43,685 nt of DNA from Octopus bimaculoides (Eukaryota): contig NC_068990.1 of assembly GCF_001194135.2 (NCBI RefSeq), positions 28,798-72,482 of the forward strand. The letters are read 5' to 3'. Positions 21,401 through 33,850 of this stretch are shown piece by piece. The notes beneath the pieces are model-generated. The model was not told the DNA's origin. It searched no databases and was given only the letters and a program-made list of their open reading frames with translations. Numbering within the stretch: position 1 is the stretch's first letter; every line of letters begins with the position of its first letter. The position numbers were made by a program, and so were the translations under genes.

Positions 21401-21860
21401 TCTTTGAGGCAGCTTGCAGAATATCAGAAAAGTGGTTCTTCTGTTCATTTGGTAGGCTCGCTTGTGGGGCGAAGGCAGAGATAATTGTAGCTAAACTATT
21501 CTGCAAGACTAGCCCGAGCTTAAGCACTCTATTGCACACCTTGACTACTTCTATGACCTTATCCGCCCATTTCTCTGTAAGAAGTACGCCCACACCACCT
21601 GCTCCATCACTGTTCCCTTCCCAGAAGATTTTATACCTATGGGCCTTGCCTGTGAGGCCCCTGGCTGAAACTCCTCTCCAGCTTCCCTCTTGTATACAGC
21701 ATACATCAATACATCAACACGCCTCCGTTCAAGTATCTCTACAAACTCGCTAGACCCACATTACAATGTGCCTACATTGACAGTGTCAACTCTGAAAACT
21801 GGAAAAGGGATGTGGGAGGAAAGATGGGAAGGAGGGATGGTATTCAGCACCTGAAAAGGT
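18474..21860 (-). mobile_element. RTE-clade LINE copy 3, near full length, same orientation as the host gene
   Basis: Minus-strand APE (VAGDFNGHVG, WLLEFCD, QIDFIL), RT (QFGFVPGKSTTDAIF, FVDLEKVFDRV) and PHD-like insert. The (GAT)n tail reads as (TCA)n at 18474-18501. Confidence 0.95.
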
Positions 21861-22825
21861 TTCCGTGACCATTTGATAGACATGTCACATCGGTTGTTCT
21901 TACTTTTCACCTATCGTCATTCAAACATGTTAAAATTGTTGCCCCCACAGGAGGTGAGAGTAAGAAAGCATTGTAAATGAAAGTGTTTTGGGCATTGTAA
22001 ATATAAGCATTACTGGTGCTGCAGATATAAATAGAAATAGAAATAAATATAAATATGTCAATGTTAAATTAAATAAGTAAGTGGGCTGCTATCTGGTTGG
22101 GTTAGTCCAGAGAAGGAGAGAGAGAGAGCGAGGGGGGTGCTATTTGGTTGGGTTAGTCCAGAGAGAGAAAGGAGAGGGGGGAAAAATTGCCAGTATAAGA
22201 GAGGAGACTACTAGAATAAGAGAGGGGATTTCCAGTAGGAGAAACAGGATTTCCAGTATTGGTGGTGGGGATGGAAAAGGGTGGGTGCAGCCATAAACAA
22301 GAAAGAATCATTTTAAGAGAAACAGTACGAAAATATTTAGCCATTGTGAGAAATTAGGAAAGGATTATTTTAGAGAGAGAGATTACAATTTGGAAGTAAT
22401 TTGAAGAATTAATATAAATAATTACAGTTTACAAAAGTACATATTAGTAATGATGCAGGTTAGATGAATGAATGAAGCAATTACGTCGAAACCAATGGGT
22501 AAGTCCATCATGTCATGACTATAAATAAAAAGCTCACATCACAAGCATGTGACTGTAGTAGACAGAAACTGAAAGAAGTCTTCTATCTCTCTCTCTCTCT
22601 TTCTTTCTCTGTGCATGTATTTGTTTATATTTATGCCTCTTTGAAAAGGGTGAGATACAAACAGTTACATTGTTGTCATTTCCTCTGTCATCAAATCATA
22701 ATCTAATGGCTTTGAAGCATCAAAGTTGCATGGAATAAGATAGTCCTTATTTGAAAAATAAAAGGTTAGCGCCAAGAGGAACATCTGGCTGCAAAACAAA
22801 GCCTTGATAATACAGTCATCTAACC

Positions 22826-23250
22826 CAGGGGTTCTTAACTATTTTTTGTCTATGGACCTCTTTGATTGCTATTTTATTCTGGTGGACCCCCATAGCCAAT
22901 CAATGTTTAAAAACTAGTTTTATAGAAACTTCTTTCAAAATTCCTATTTTATTTTTCTCAGTAACTAATGTAGGTTGTTTGGTTTGGGATTTGGTTAGCA
23001 TGATTCTTTATTCTTCTGTTGAAATGAAATTTCAGTAAACTTCTATATCTTTGTGCAACTGAGGATTGCTCTGCATTTTACATTTAATGTTATGTTCACA
23101 TTGCTTAAATAAATGGAGTCACATGAAACAATCGTATTGCATTAACTTTGGATATCCTTGTTGCTTATTTTGATTTTAATCACCTCATTTTGGAATTGTA
23201 TGGATAATACCATACTTAATTCTGGTGCCTAAACTTAAGAACCATATTCA
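22826..23250. mobile_element. Probable hAT (Charlie-like) MITE, decayed
   Basis: Left end CAGGGGTTCTTAAC, right end TTAAGAACCA. TSD unclear. Confidence 0.5.
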
Positions 23251-23256
23251 CCTGAA

Positions 23257-23292
<36 letters not shown>

Positions 23293-23327
<35 letters not shown>

Positions 23328-24183
23328 GTTTAACGTCCGCTTTCCATGCTAGCATGGGTTGGACGATTTGACTGGGGACTGGTGAAACCAGATGGCAACA
23401 CCAGGCTCCAATCTGATNNNNNNNNNNNNNNNNNNNNNNNNNNNNNNNNNNNNNNNNNNNNNNNNNNNNNNNNNNNNNNNNNNNNNNNNNNNNNNNNNNN
23501 NNNNNNNNNNNNNNNNNNNNNNNNNNNNNNNNNNNNNNNNNNNNNNNNNNNNNNNNNNNNNNNNNNNNNNNNNNNNNNNNNNNNNNNNNNNNNNNNNNNN
23601 NNNNNNNNNNNNNNNNNNNNNNNNNNNNNNNNNNNNNNNNNNNNNNNNNNNNNNNNNNNNNNNNNNNNNNNNNNNNNNNNNNNNNNNNNNNNNNNNNNNN
23701 NNNNNNNNNNNNNNNNNNNNNNNNNNNNNNNNNNNNNNNNNNNNNNNNNNNNNNNNNNNNNNNNNNNNNNNNNNNNNNNNNNNNNNNNNNNNNNNNNNNN
23801 NNNNNNNNNNNNNNNNNNNNNNNNNNNNNNNNNNNNNNNNNNNNNNNNNNNNNNNNNNNNNNNNNNNNNNNNNNNNNNNNNNNNNNNNNNNNNNNNNNNG
23901 GCGGTACTGGCAATGGCCACGCTCAAAATGGTGTATTTTATGTGCCACCCGCACAAGAGCCAGTCCATGGGCACTGGTAACGATCTCGCTCGAAAATCCT
24001 TACACGTGTCACGAGCACAAGTGCCAGAAAGGCAACGCTGGGCACAGGTGCTATCCCGATTTCGCATTCGCTTGCCTCAACAAGTCTTCACAAGCGAAGT
24101 TTAGTGCCCAATGTAGGAAAGGTACGCATAAGTGGGCTGGCTACACCCCTGGCAGAGGCCTTGGATTTAGGTCTCACTTGGCT

Positions 24184-24184
<1 letters not shown>
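23293..24184 (-). mobile_element. 5'-truncated RTE copy (entire 3' UTR, gap at 23418-23899)
   Basis: (TCA)n + gtttaacgtccgctttccatgctagc at the left. The right end stops at the ORF2 terminus sequence (aagccaagtgagacc on the minus strand). Flanked by (TA)n and (CT)n(TA)n. Confidence 0.9.
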
Positions 24185-24244
<60 letters not shown>

Positions 24245-25437
24245 ATAGATCAGGATTCAAGTGAATCAAGCACTTAACGTATATATACCCATAAAAAAAT
24301 GAAGTCTTAAAATTTCACTGTATTTAGATTAAATGTTATGGTAAGCTTTAACAATCTAGAAGAGAAGGACAGTATGCAACTGTTAGTTACCTTCTGAACA
24401 TTTCATATACTCAGTCAAATGCTTCCTGCCATGTTCATGTCCAAACAAGTAGGAGCAGGTATGCAACAAGGGGTATGAGTTAAATGGTAGGGCACTGGGT
24501 TAGGTCAAAAAGTGAAATATGTACACAACAAAAATAGAGGAATATATATATGCAGGTACTGAAGTACAGGCAGAAAGATATTCAGGTTATGTATACAATT
24601 AACTGTACCCAACTGAGTATATCAATAGCTCTGAGGCCAATCAAGAAATGCACATTGTAATAAATGTACGGTCCATAATATACTTCAGATCTATGCAAGG
24701 AGCAGGTTTCAAGAGAGGCAAATAATAAATGAATAAATAAACAACAGATGGATACTGTGTCAATTGACACATTATCCATCTATTGTTATCTGTTCATTTA
24801 CAATGTGTGTGTGTGTGTGTGTGTGTGTGTGGATATAGATATAGATATATATATAAATCAGAGACAGATTAATTGAGAGATATAAACACATTGATTGGTT
24901 GATAGACAACAGATACCACAAAATAATCTGCCATTATCCAAGAAATAAGAACAAGGCAACTAATTTGCTGAATAAGAAATCATCACAATTGCACACAGAA
25001 GCTCCCTCACTGGCTCCTGCATGAATGTGCTTGCGTATATTAACAAAGGACACCATTTGTATGATGGCGATGATCATTTACAGCCATCAAGCGAAGTTAA
25101 GACAAGGAGATGTGTTGTTAGGAATTAGTAATAATGGTATGCTCTCTGCACATGTGAAGAGTGGAATGAGCAGTCACTACAAGTAAGGTGACATTGGCCA
25201 GTATCAAAAGAGTGTATGTAGACTGTGTTGATAGTCAGGTCTCTGCTGATCTATTAATTATATTGTGATACTTAGTGGACCAAACTTTTGAGGATAATGA
25301 CACTGCATGACTGGGGGTCGTACAGTACCAGACAGAAGCATCCTATCAACGACTTTGGATTTATAACAATATCTGTCAGAGCAACAACCATTGTAGAAAG
25401 AGCGGTACAACAGTGGAAACAGACCGCTTTATAACAG

Positions 25438-25449
25438 TGGTGATGAGGA
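25438..25449 (+). promoter_or_regulatory. Primer-binding site of the Gypsy element, probably tRNA-Ser(GCU)
   Basis: TGGTGATGAGGA equals TGGCGACGAGGA (complement of the eukaryotic tRNA-Ser GCU 3' end) after two CpG-to-TpG changes. It lies 1 nt after the LTR's terminal CA. Confidence 0.7.
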
Positions 25450-25839
25450 CAACCCAATTCATGTGGAGTTAATAGAAACTCAAAGAGGATTTATACAACT
25501 CACAAGAAATTGATAAACTAATTCATGTGGAGTTAATAGAATCTTGAAGACAAGAAAATTGAACACAAAGGTTGTTTCCAAGTAAAACCAGTGCAGAATA
25601 GTCTGAATAGAGATAAAGTGTTTTCTAAAAAGCACAGCAAACATTAGGATATAAACCCATGTTTTGCATGTGGTGGTATGCACTGCACCTGAGGTAAAAT
25701 AGTCCATTTAAAAAGCGGCGTACTTTCATTGTGGAAATATAGGACATATTAAGACGTTAGATGAATGAATGAAAATGACAAAACATCAGAACAAAAGGAA
25801 AAAAAATTAATAGTTTGTCATCGGAAAAAAAGGGTTATA

Positions 25840-26075
25840 CAGTAATCCCTTGCCATATCACGGTTCACCTATCGCAGTTCACCTATCACAGTTTATTATT
25901 TAAGCTTATGTCGATTCCTCTATGGTGTTGTTTTGCATTTATAACAAAATAAATATAAGCAAATTATAAAAATAAGAAAAAAATATACAGTACAGTACTG
26001 TTTCTACTTCATGAATTTTCACCTATCGTGGGGGGGGGGGGGAACGTAACACTCGTGATAGTCGAGGGATTGCTG
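25840..26075. mobile_element. Tc1/mariner/pogo-type MITE inserted in the Gypsy element
   Basis: TIRs CAGTAATCCCTTG and CGAGGGATTGCTG. TA on both sides (25838-39, 26076-77). Confidence 0.85.
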
Positions 26076-27089
26076 TACAATGAACAGAAAATTCACACAG
26101 GTGAAAATTAAAAATTCAAGTGTAAAAGTGAAGTTCGACACAGGTAATGACATTACCATTATAAACGAAAAAGTGTGGAAACAAGTCAATAAACCAAAAT
26201 TAATTAAATCTAAAAAGGTAGCACATGGTGTTACAAAAAAAAAGATTATATTTTATCGGTGAATGCATATGTAACGTAACATTTTGAGGTCAAATGAAAA
26301 AAACTAAGATATATGTATTAAAACATTCACTTAATTTATTTGGCTCAGAGTGGAGAGAACTATTCAATTTGTGTATATTGTGTATATGCCCATAACTGTT
26401 CTGTGTTGAAATGTAGTTGGGTCAGTCAAAGGTTCAAATGAGGCTAAAAGAACTGAGACAAAAAATTTTTTTAATTATTTCCAGATGTTTTTTTTTTTGG
26501 AAGAACTGGGTTACTGTACAAAAAGAAAAGCAAGGTGCAACACCAGTCTTTAGGCCCAAACGGAATGTGCCGTTTATGGCAATAGACCAGGTTAACAAAG
26601 AACTGGAAAGACTGGAAGGTCTTGGTATAAATGAAAAATTGCCCACGATAAAAAGTAAACAATGTTCAAAAGTAGATGTTCCATGGTTGAGACTACACAT
26701 TGATGTAGCAGGTCCTTGAAATGGTTCTTACTACTTAGTGGTAGTTGATAGTTCTTCAAAATGACCTGAAATTGTTAAGCATAAAAAACCAACCTCCTCA
26801 ACTGTGACAAATTTTTTGCACAAATTGTTTGCAAGATTTGGCATCCCAGATGCAATAGTGTCTGACAACGGAACGCAATTTGTGTCTCGTGAATTTTTTT
26901 AATTTTGTGAAATGTTTGCGGTAGAACATAACTACAGCACCATACCATCCCAGATCTAAAGGACAGGCAGAACACATTGTTAATACCTTCAAAGGAGCTT
27001 TAAGAAAAGCAGATAAGGAAAGCACAATTTTTAAGAAATCCAAATATACAGCACCAGCAGAGCTGATGTTTGCAAGGAAAGTAAAGTCA

Positions 27090-27310
27090 CAATTGCAGCG
27101 TGGAAGGTGTTTATAAGCCATTTAAAAACACACGAAAAACCATTAGATTCACTTCAACATTTAAATTTAATTTGTCAAAATATTTTCGTCACTTTGAAAC
27201 TGCGATCTGTTCACTGACAAAATTCCATGCACCTTCCACACTGCAATTGTTTTTGTTTCAGCACATGATCTTAGATCAAGTCACTTGCTATACAAGTACA
27301 TCTCCGTAAT
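27090..27310. mobile_element. 221-bp insertion in the Gypsy element, with a 20-bp inverted repeat and a 12-bp flanking duplication
   Basis: AAAGTAAAGTCA at 27078-27089 and 27311-27322. Inverted repeat 27090-27109 vs 27230-27249 with one mismatch. Confidence 0.75.
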
Positions 27311-28132
27311 AAAGTAAAGTCAGTTTTTGATAAATTGCTAGCTGGCAAGAAAAGAAAAAGTACCAGGGAAGACATAGCAAAACTTTTTTAAGTTGGTGAT
27401 AAAGTGTATTTGAGGACATACAAAAATGGAAAGCAGAACTGGGAAGAGGGCGAGATTACCAAATACATAGGTAAAATGATGTATAGGGTAAAAAGTAGAA
27501 AAGCTATACAAAAGAGACACAGAAACCAACTTGTGGAAAGCGAAACCAAAGAAGTTGGAGGTTGTACGATATGTTCCAAGTGCCAATGCTGCTGTAAGTG
27601 ATTGAACCCAGGCATACAAATAAAAGGAAAAGAAAACATACAGAGTTCCTGAAAACAGATGCCGAGAAAAAAATATTAAATTGTTCAAAATAAAAAAAAA
27701 CTCAAAAAAGAGAGGTGGGGTGAATAAAAATATTTTTGCTAAATAAAATGACACTTCCTAAGAAAAACTTAAAAGGGGAGATGTAGGGCATTAGTAATAA
27801 GGGTCCACTCTTCCCATGTGAAGAGTGGAATGAGCAGTCACTATAAGTAAGGTGACATTGGCCAGTATCGACAAACAGTGTTGATAGTCGTGTCTGTGCT
27901 GATATAGTAATTATACTGTGATACCGAGTGGACGTTATAACATTCCAACCTTTTGAGGGTAATAACACAGTATGACTGGGAGGTCATACAGTGCCAGATA
28001 GAAACACCCTACCGACGATTTCGGATTTATAACAATATCTGTCAGAGTAACAACTGTCATACAATGAAAAATACAACAGTGACAAAAGGTCGCTTTATAA
28101 TAAGATGCTAATAGAAACACACACACAAACAC

Positions 28133-28170
<38 letters not shown>

Positions 28171-28172
<2 letters not shown>

Positions 28173-28531
28173 CATCATCATCATCGTTTAACGTCCGCTT
28201 TCCATGCTAGCATGGGTTGGACGATTTGACTGAGGACTGGTGAAACCAGAAGGCTGCATCAGGCTCCAATCTGATTTGGCAGAGTTTCTACAGGTGGATG
28301 CCCTTCCTAACGCCAACCACTCAGAGAGTGTAGTGGGTGCTTTTACGTGCCACCGGCACGAGGGCCAGTCAGGCAGTACTGGCAACGGCCACGCTCAAAA
28401 TGGTGTATTTTATGTGCCACCCGCACAAGAGCCAGTCCAGGGGCACTGGCAACGATCTCACTCGAAAGTCCTTACACATGCCATGGGCACAAGTGCCAGA
28501 AAGGCGACGCTGGGCACAGGTGCCATCCCGA
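28171..28531 (-). mobile_element. 5'-truncated RTE 3' UTR copy
   Basis: Very similar by eye to 17523-17830 (inverted) and 43486-43685. (TA)n on both sides. Confidence 0.9.
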
Positions 28532-28719
28532 TTATATATATATATATATAAAGAAAAAAAGTCGTCAGAGTTTTAGAAAAATATCTTTTTATTTCTTCAT
28601 TATTATTAGCGCTTTCGTTCGTTTCTCAAACTTGTCGAATAAAATTTTGTGAGTGTACAAACAGCTTATTCATTTATATAAAACAGATGTTTGGTGGGGG
28701 GTTGCTTAGAAGAACATTG

Positions 28720-30450
28720 GAAATGTTAACAAACCAAACCTACTACAAGGAAGAACCAAGACACTCAGAAAAAACAATAATGAATAAAATCAGAAGACTA
28801 ATCAATTCCAAGATTCCTTCACAGACAAGGAGAAAGATTATATATGCAACTCTGTAATCAAAGAGAGCAATTTCTACGTATTACCCAAAATTCACAAGAG
28901 CTCAGAAATACAAAATGTCATAAATAAGCAGAAGAACCAGAACGTAAAAATACTAAGGCCTGCTGACCTCAAACTAAGACCAATAGTTGCTGGACCTCAA
29001 GCACCAACACAACAACTAAGTCATTTTTTAGATATACTCCTAAAACTTTTGTGCCCTTTAATACCCATTTATGTATGACATGGCAAAGATTTCATCCAAC
29101 ATATCCCTCCCACTGTTGCAGCAGGTACTATATTTACAAGTTTTAATGTCACCAATCTCTATACTAATATACCTCACACTTTAGGCCTAGAAGCAATCAA
29201 ACACTGGGTAGAGAAACATAGAGGACGGATAAATGAATGCTTCAAAACGGACTTCATCACCAAGGTCACACACCTAGTACTAGAAGAAAATACCTTTAGA
29301 TTTGACAATAAAACATATCAACAGATAAAGGGCACAGCTATGGGTACGCGGTTTGTGCCCTCATATGCAAACTTAGTTATGGGATACTTGGAAGAAAAAA
29401 TTTATGAGGAAGTAGAAAAAACTTTTGATCAGGAGAACAAGAAATATATTAAAAAGTGGAAAAGTTTCTTTGCTGATTGCTTCATCTTCTGGGGCAGATC
29501 AAATGAAGATCTAAGTATATTTAACAATATACTGAACACACTTCACCCATCCATCAAATTCACGACAGAATCCAGTTGCAATGAACTTCCATTCCTGGAT
29601 ATCCACATAAAAATACAGAACTCCACAGTTACAACAGACATATCTTACAAAAATCTGACACACACCAATATTTGAATTTCTACTCTTGCCACCAATCACA
29701 CATCAAAAGAAACATCCCATACAGCATGGCAAGACGCAGCTGTGCTGTAGTGACTGACCCCAAAATATGTGAAATCCGACTCAATGAACTCAAAGGCTTC
29801 CTCACAATGCAGAAATAACCCTTAGGATTAATTAATGAGGGAATTAAAAAAGCGATGAAACTGAACATCACCCAACTACGGACACCTAAGGAAAAAGTTA
29901 ATGAAAACATGATTCCATTTGTTAATACACACAGTCATGGAATAACCAACATCTTTCACGCCATAAAATCAAACTTGCCTATACTCCTACAAAGCCCCAA
30001 AATGCAAAATCTGATTGAGAAAAACACCTTACGGAATAGCAGATGCCAACCAAAAGATCTTAAAAACCACCTCACGAGGGCAGAATTCAAATCAGAGAAT
30101 GAAACAGAATTCTTAGTAAAAGAATGTAGAGATAGGAGATGTGGAACAGGCAGCAACATTAACAACTCCAAATACTTGGAAAGTGGTTCCCAAGTAGATC
30201 CCTTTTCAAAATAAATGCAAATATGAACTGCAAAATGCAAAACCTCATATACTGCATCACCTGCACAAACTGCAAAGAAAATTACATTGGCGAAATTACA
30301 TTGCAAGAATCCACAGGCAACTTATCCAACAAGAAGAATTACACAAGATTCCATTAAGTAAGCATCTGGAAATATGCAGCGTTGGAAAATTCAAAATTTT
30401 TTCCTTTTATAAATGTGCATGGGATGATCCACAATACTGAAAAGCAATGG
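28720..30450 (+). mobile_element. Penelope-like element (RT + GIY-YIG endonuclease), decayed
   Basis: FYVLPKIHK (28872), LRPIVAG, LYTNIPH, GTAMGTRFVPSYANL, LPFLDI, then CRDRRC and NLIYCITCTNCKENYIGE (~30240-30295). This domain order is diagnostic of PLEs. Confidence 0.92.
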
Positions 30451-30451
30451 G

Positions 30452-30743
30452 ACTACATTTCATCAAAAAATTCTCTCCAAAATTGAATGTTTGAAAGAAA
30501 AGCGGAGGCAGTACATTTTGTATTCTAAATATAACTCAAATATCGGAAACATAATGCTCATCTCTGTAAATATTCAGGTGTATATGTGTGGCATTGAGAA
30601 CTTTGCATGTTTTTCTAGTTTGTAAGTGTTATATTAATGTTCTCTAATGCAAAAACATGAAATTGAAGGTGTGATCAAAGTTACACAGTATAAACATGGA
30701 CATGTTCCCAACACACACACACACACACATAGGCACACCCGCA

Positions 30744-30780
<37 letters not shown>

Positions 30781-31093
30781 TACGCTTCATCAAGGGATTT
30801 GCTCCAAAATTGAATGTTTTCGGTAAAGCAGAGAATTTGCATTTTTTATTCCAAATGTGGCTCATCTCTACAAATGTTCAGGTATATATGTGTAGCATTG
30901 GGATGTTCTAGCTTTACGTATATAGATATATATTCTATTTTATTTATTTATTTATTTTTAAAATTTTTAATTTGCAAATATCATACTAATGTTTTTTCAT
31001 GCAGAACTACATTTCATCAAAAATTTCTCTCCAAAATTGAATGTTTGAAAGAAAAGAGGAGATAGTACATTTTGTATTGTAAATATAACTCAA
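30452..31093 (+). repeat. Degenerate direct repeats flanking a (CA)n tract
   Basis: actacatttcatcaaaaa...ataactcaaa at 30452-30540 and 31005-31093. ctcatctct..aaat.ttcagg at ~30557 and ~30861. Confidence 0.7.
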
Positions 31094-31367
31094 AGAGGAG
31101 AAAAAGAAAGAAAGGAAAAAAAAGGAAAGAGGAAGCAAAAAGACTTTCAGTGATGACCACACCACACCTGTTTTTTTTTTTTTTTGAAGAGGTCACCATC
31201 CTTAAACCCATTCCAATACAAAGCTAAATGACTAAATGAATATAAATGAAAAGTAAATAGAAAGGGGGATCCCCCTTCTCTACCTATCTATCTATCTGTT
31301 TGACTATATCTCTATCACTCTATCTATCTATCCATCTCCATTGTCAATGATATCTCCATTCATTTAA

Positions 31368-33850
31368 GCAATGTGCGATGAAATCCAAGAAGCTTTAAAT
31401 GCTAACAATTCCAAACTTTTTTACTCTCTCTTAAATAAAGTTTATGGACCAGCTTCATCAACAGTTGCACCACTTCAGAGCAAGGATGGCACAGAATTAT
31501 TACCAAATCCTAAAGATATTGTTGGGAGATGGAAAGAGCATTTTGATGAGTTGTTCAATAGATCTACTGAAGTTGACCTCTCTTATCCTGATAATATACC
31601 TGAGAGACCAACAAAACGTCTTTTAGCAGAGGTTCCAAACCTGGCTGAAATAAAATCAGCAGTCAGGAAATTGAGCAATGGAAAGGCCCTTGGTATGGAT
31701 GAATTAGGTGCAGAGAGATATAAATATGGTGGTGATCATCTCTGTATAATGTTGACAGATGTGATTCAGAAAGTTTAGCATAGTGAAGAGGTTCCTCCGC
31801 ATTGGCAAGAAGCAACTATTCTTTCATTTTATTTGTTTCAGTCATGTGACTCCAGCCATGCTGGAGCACTGCCTTTAGTCAAACAAATTGACCCCAGGAC
31901 TTATTCTTTGTAAACCTAGTACTTATTCTATCAGTCTCTTTTGCTGAACCACTAAGTTATGGGGATGTAAACACACCAACATCGGTTGTCAAGTGATGGG
32001 AAGGGACAAACACAGACACACAAACACACACACACACACACATGTATTCACGACGGGCTTCTTTCAGTTTCTGTCTATTAAATCCATTCACAAGGCTTTG
32101 GTTTGCCTGAGGCTATATTAGAAGACACTTGCCCAAGGTACCACACAGTGGAACTGAACCTGGAACCATGTGGTTGGTAAGCAAGCTACTTACCACACAG
32201 CCACTCCTGTGCCTATGGAGATACTATATAAATCGAAAGGTGGAAAGGATGTCTGTGATAATTATCATGGCATCTGTCTGTTAGTTGTTGCTGGAAAGGT
32301 CCTTTATAGGGTAATGCTGGACAGATTGCTGATGAGATTCTACCAGAATCACAATGTGGGTTTAGGGATAGTAGAAGTACTATGGATATGATATTTTCAG
32401 CTAGTCAGTTGCACGAGAAGTGCATCGAACAGGATGTGGACTTATGTCAGGTTTTCATTGATCTAATGAAAGCGTTTGATTCTGTCAATAGAATTGCACT
32501 TTAGAAGATCCTGAAAAAGTTAGTATGTCCTGAAAAGTTTGTGAGAATGCTTAGACAGATGGAGGTGAGAGTTAATGTTGGAGGTACCTTATCAGATCCA
32601 ATTTCTGTAGAAAATGGTGTAAAACAAGGTGATATTCTTGCTCCAATATTGTTTGCTATGTCTTTCAAATAGCTTTTGAAGATTGCATTGAAGGGGTCTA
32701 TATAAGATACAGGACAGCGGGAAAACTGTTCAATCTCAAAAGACTCTATGCCAAAACAAAAGTTCTGCATTCTCACCTCATTGAGTTCCTGTATGCATAT
32801 GATTGTGACTTGTTGGCACATTCCGAGAAAGATGTGCAGCACTTGTTGAATGTAATTTCTGAAGCATGTGCAGCATTGGGTCTAACGATCACTCTGAAAA
32901 AAACTGCTCTTCACAAGATGTGGAACTTTTTATAACTATGAATGGTCAAAGGTTGGAGACTGTGTCAAGATTTATTTATTTAGGAAGTACCTTGAGCACA
33001 GCTGGTCTTGATGATGAAATTTCATATAGAATCAGCAGGGCGAGTAGTGCTTTTGGTAGGCTTGATAGGACACAACAATATATCTCATAAATTAAAGTTA
33101 AGATATATAACATGTGCATCCTACCATTTTTGTTATATGGAAGTGAGGCATGGGTTATTTATCACAGGCATGTAAAGCAACTGGAATGATACCATCAATG
33201 CTGTCTGAGAAAAATCTGGTGGATAAACTGGAAAATGGCCATTAGTAATGTGAAGGTGTTTGAGAGGAGTTGCAGTAGAAGTATAGAGTCAATGATTCTA
33301 CAAAGACGTCTGAGGCAGGGTGGGGTGAGCATCTGATAAGGTTGGGTGATGAGAGACTGCCCAAGCAGCTATTGTATGATGAGCTGGAAGACGGCAGGAG
33401 ACCACTGCATAAGCCTAAACTAATGTTTAAGGATTGCCTTAAAAATGCTCTAATACAGACAGGAATTGCAGTTCGTGATTGGGAGAGGGAGGTACAAGAC
33501 CGGAATGGGTGGAGAAAGACAGTGCATAGTGGTTGTTAGGGGTCTGAGAGGGAGAGAGTGAAGTATGGGAAAATTAAGAGGGGGCTTAGAGGGAGGGAAT
33601 CTGTGAAGAGTGAGGGAGTGTTGCTTTTTGTGTGTGGTTTGTGGGAAGAGGTATTTGAGCTGTGCAAGCATCGAAAATCTAACAGGAATCAACCCATAAT
33701 AAACAGTGATGTAGCTATTACAATTCACAACAGAACATGTGGAAAATGTGGAAGAGGGCGCCTCTCAGTTGGAGGTCTGAAACACATGTTAAGAGAGTGC
33801 ATGCGGTGGCACCTATTTCTCCTGCCAGCCAGCATAGCTGTGCATCTATA
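31368..33850 (+). mobile_element. Second RTE-clade LINE family (BovB-like), 5'-truncated, decayed, interrupted by a SINE
   Basis: GRWKEHFDELFN, LSNGKALGMD, DNYHGICLL, FIDLMKAFDS, GVKQGDILAP, RFIYLGS, ERLPKQLLY, and a C-terminal C2H2 remnant CGKCGRG.LSVGGLK. No PHD insert. Confidence 0.9.
31820..32216 (-). mobile_element. tRNA-derived SINE (family A) inserted in the BovB-like RTE
   Basis: Minus strand has A box TGGCTGTGTGG, B box GGTTCAGTTCC and an internal (GT)n. CTAT at both junctions. Removing it restores EAT-MEILYKSKG. Confidence 0.85.

Larger units (their letters stand above)
25113..28102 (+). mobile_element. Gypsy/Ty3 (Mag-like) LTR retrotransposon, internally deleted, with both LTRs
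   Basis: 5' LTR 25113-25436 and 3' LTR 27782-28102 are clearly homologous. 5-bp TSD AGATG at 25108-25112 and 28103-28107. PBS TGGTGATGAGGA at 25438. PPT AAAAGGGGAGA at 27771-27781. Gag zinc knuckles (CFACGGMH; FHCGNIGH), protease DTG (26137-26145), RT start PVFRPKRNVPF, integrase WLRLHID...IVSDNGTQF...GQAE. Confidence 0.93.

Noticed and set aside
25101-25112. Purine run before the 5' LTR suggesting a tandem element sharing an LTR
   Set aside because: The upstream sequence does not resemble the internal 3' region, and AGATG is explained as the TSD.
31262-31277. 16-bp perfect palindrome AAGGGGGATCCCCCTT
   Set aside because: Low-complexity and isolated, with no associated structure.
32140-32212. 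tRNA-like A/B boxes as tRNA genes (also 37190-37251, 12270-12337, 41845-41895)
   Set aside because: They are SINE heads attached to shared non-tRNA bodies, and I cannot fold a full cloverleaf.
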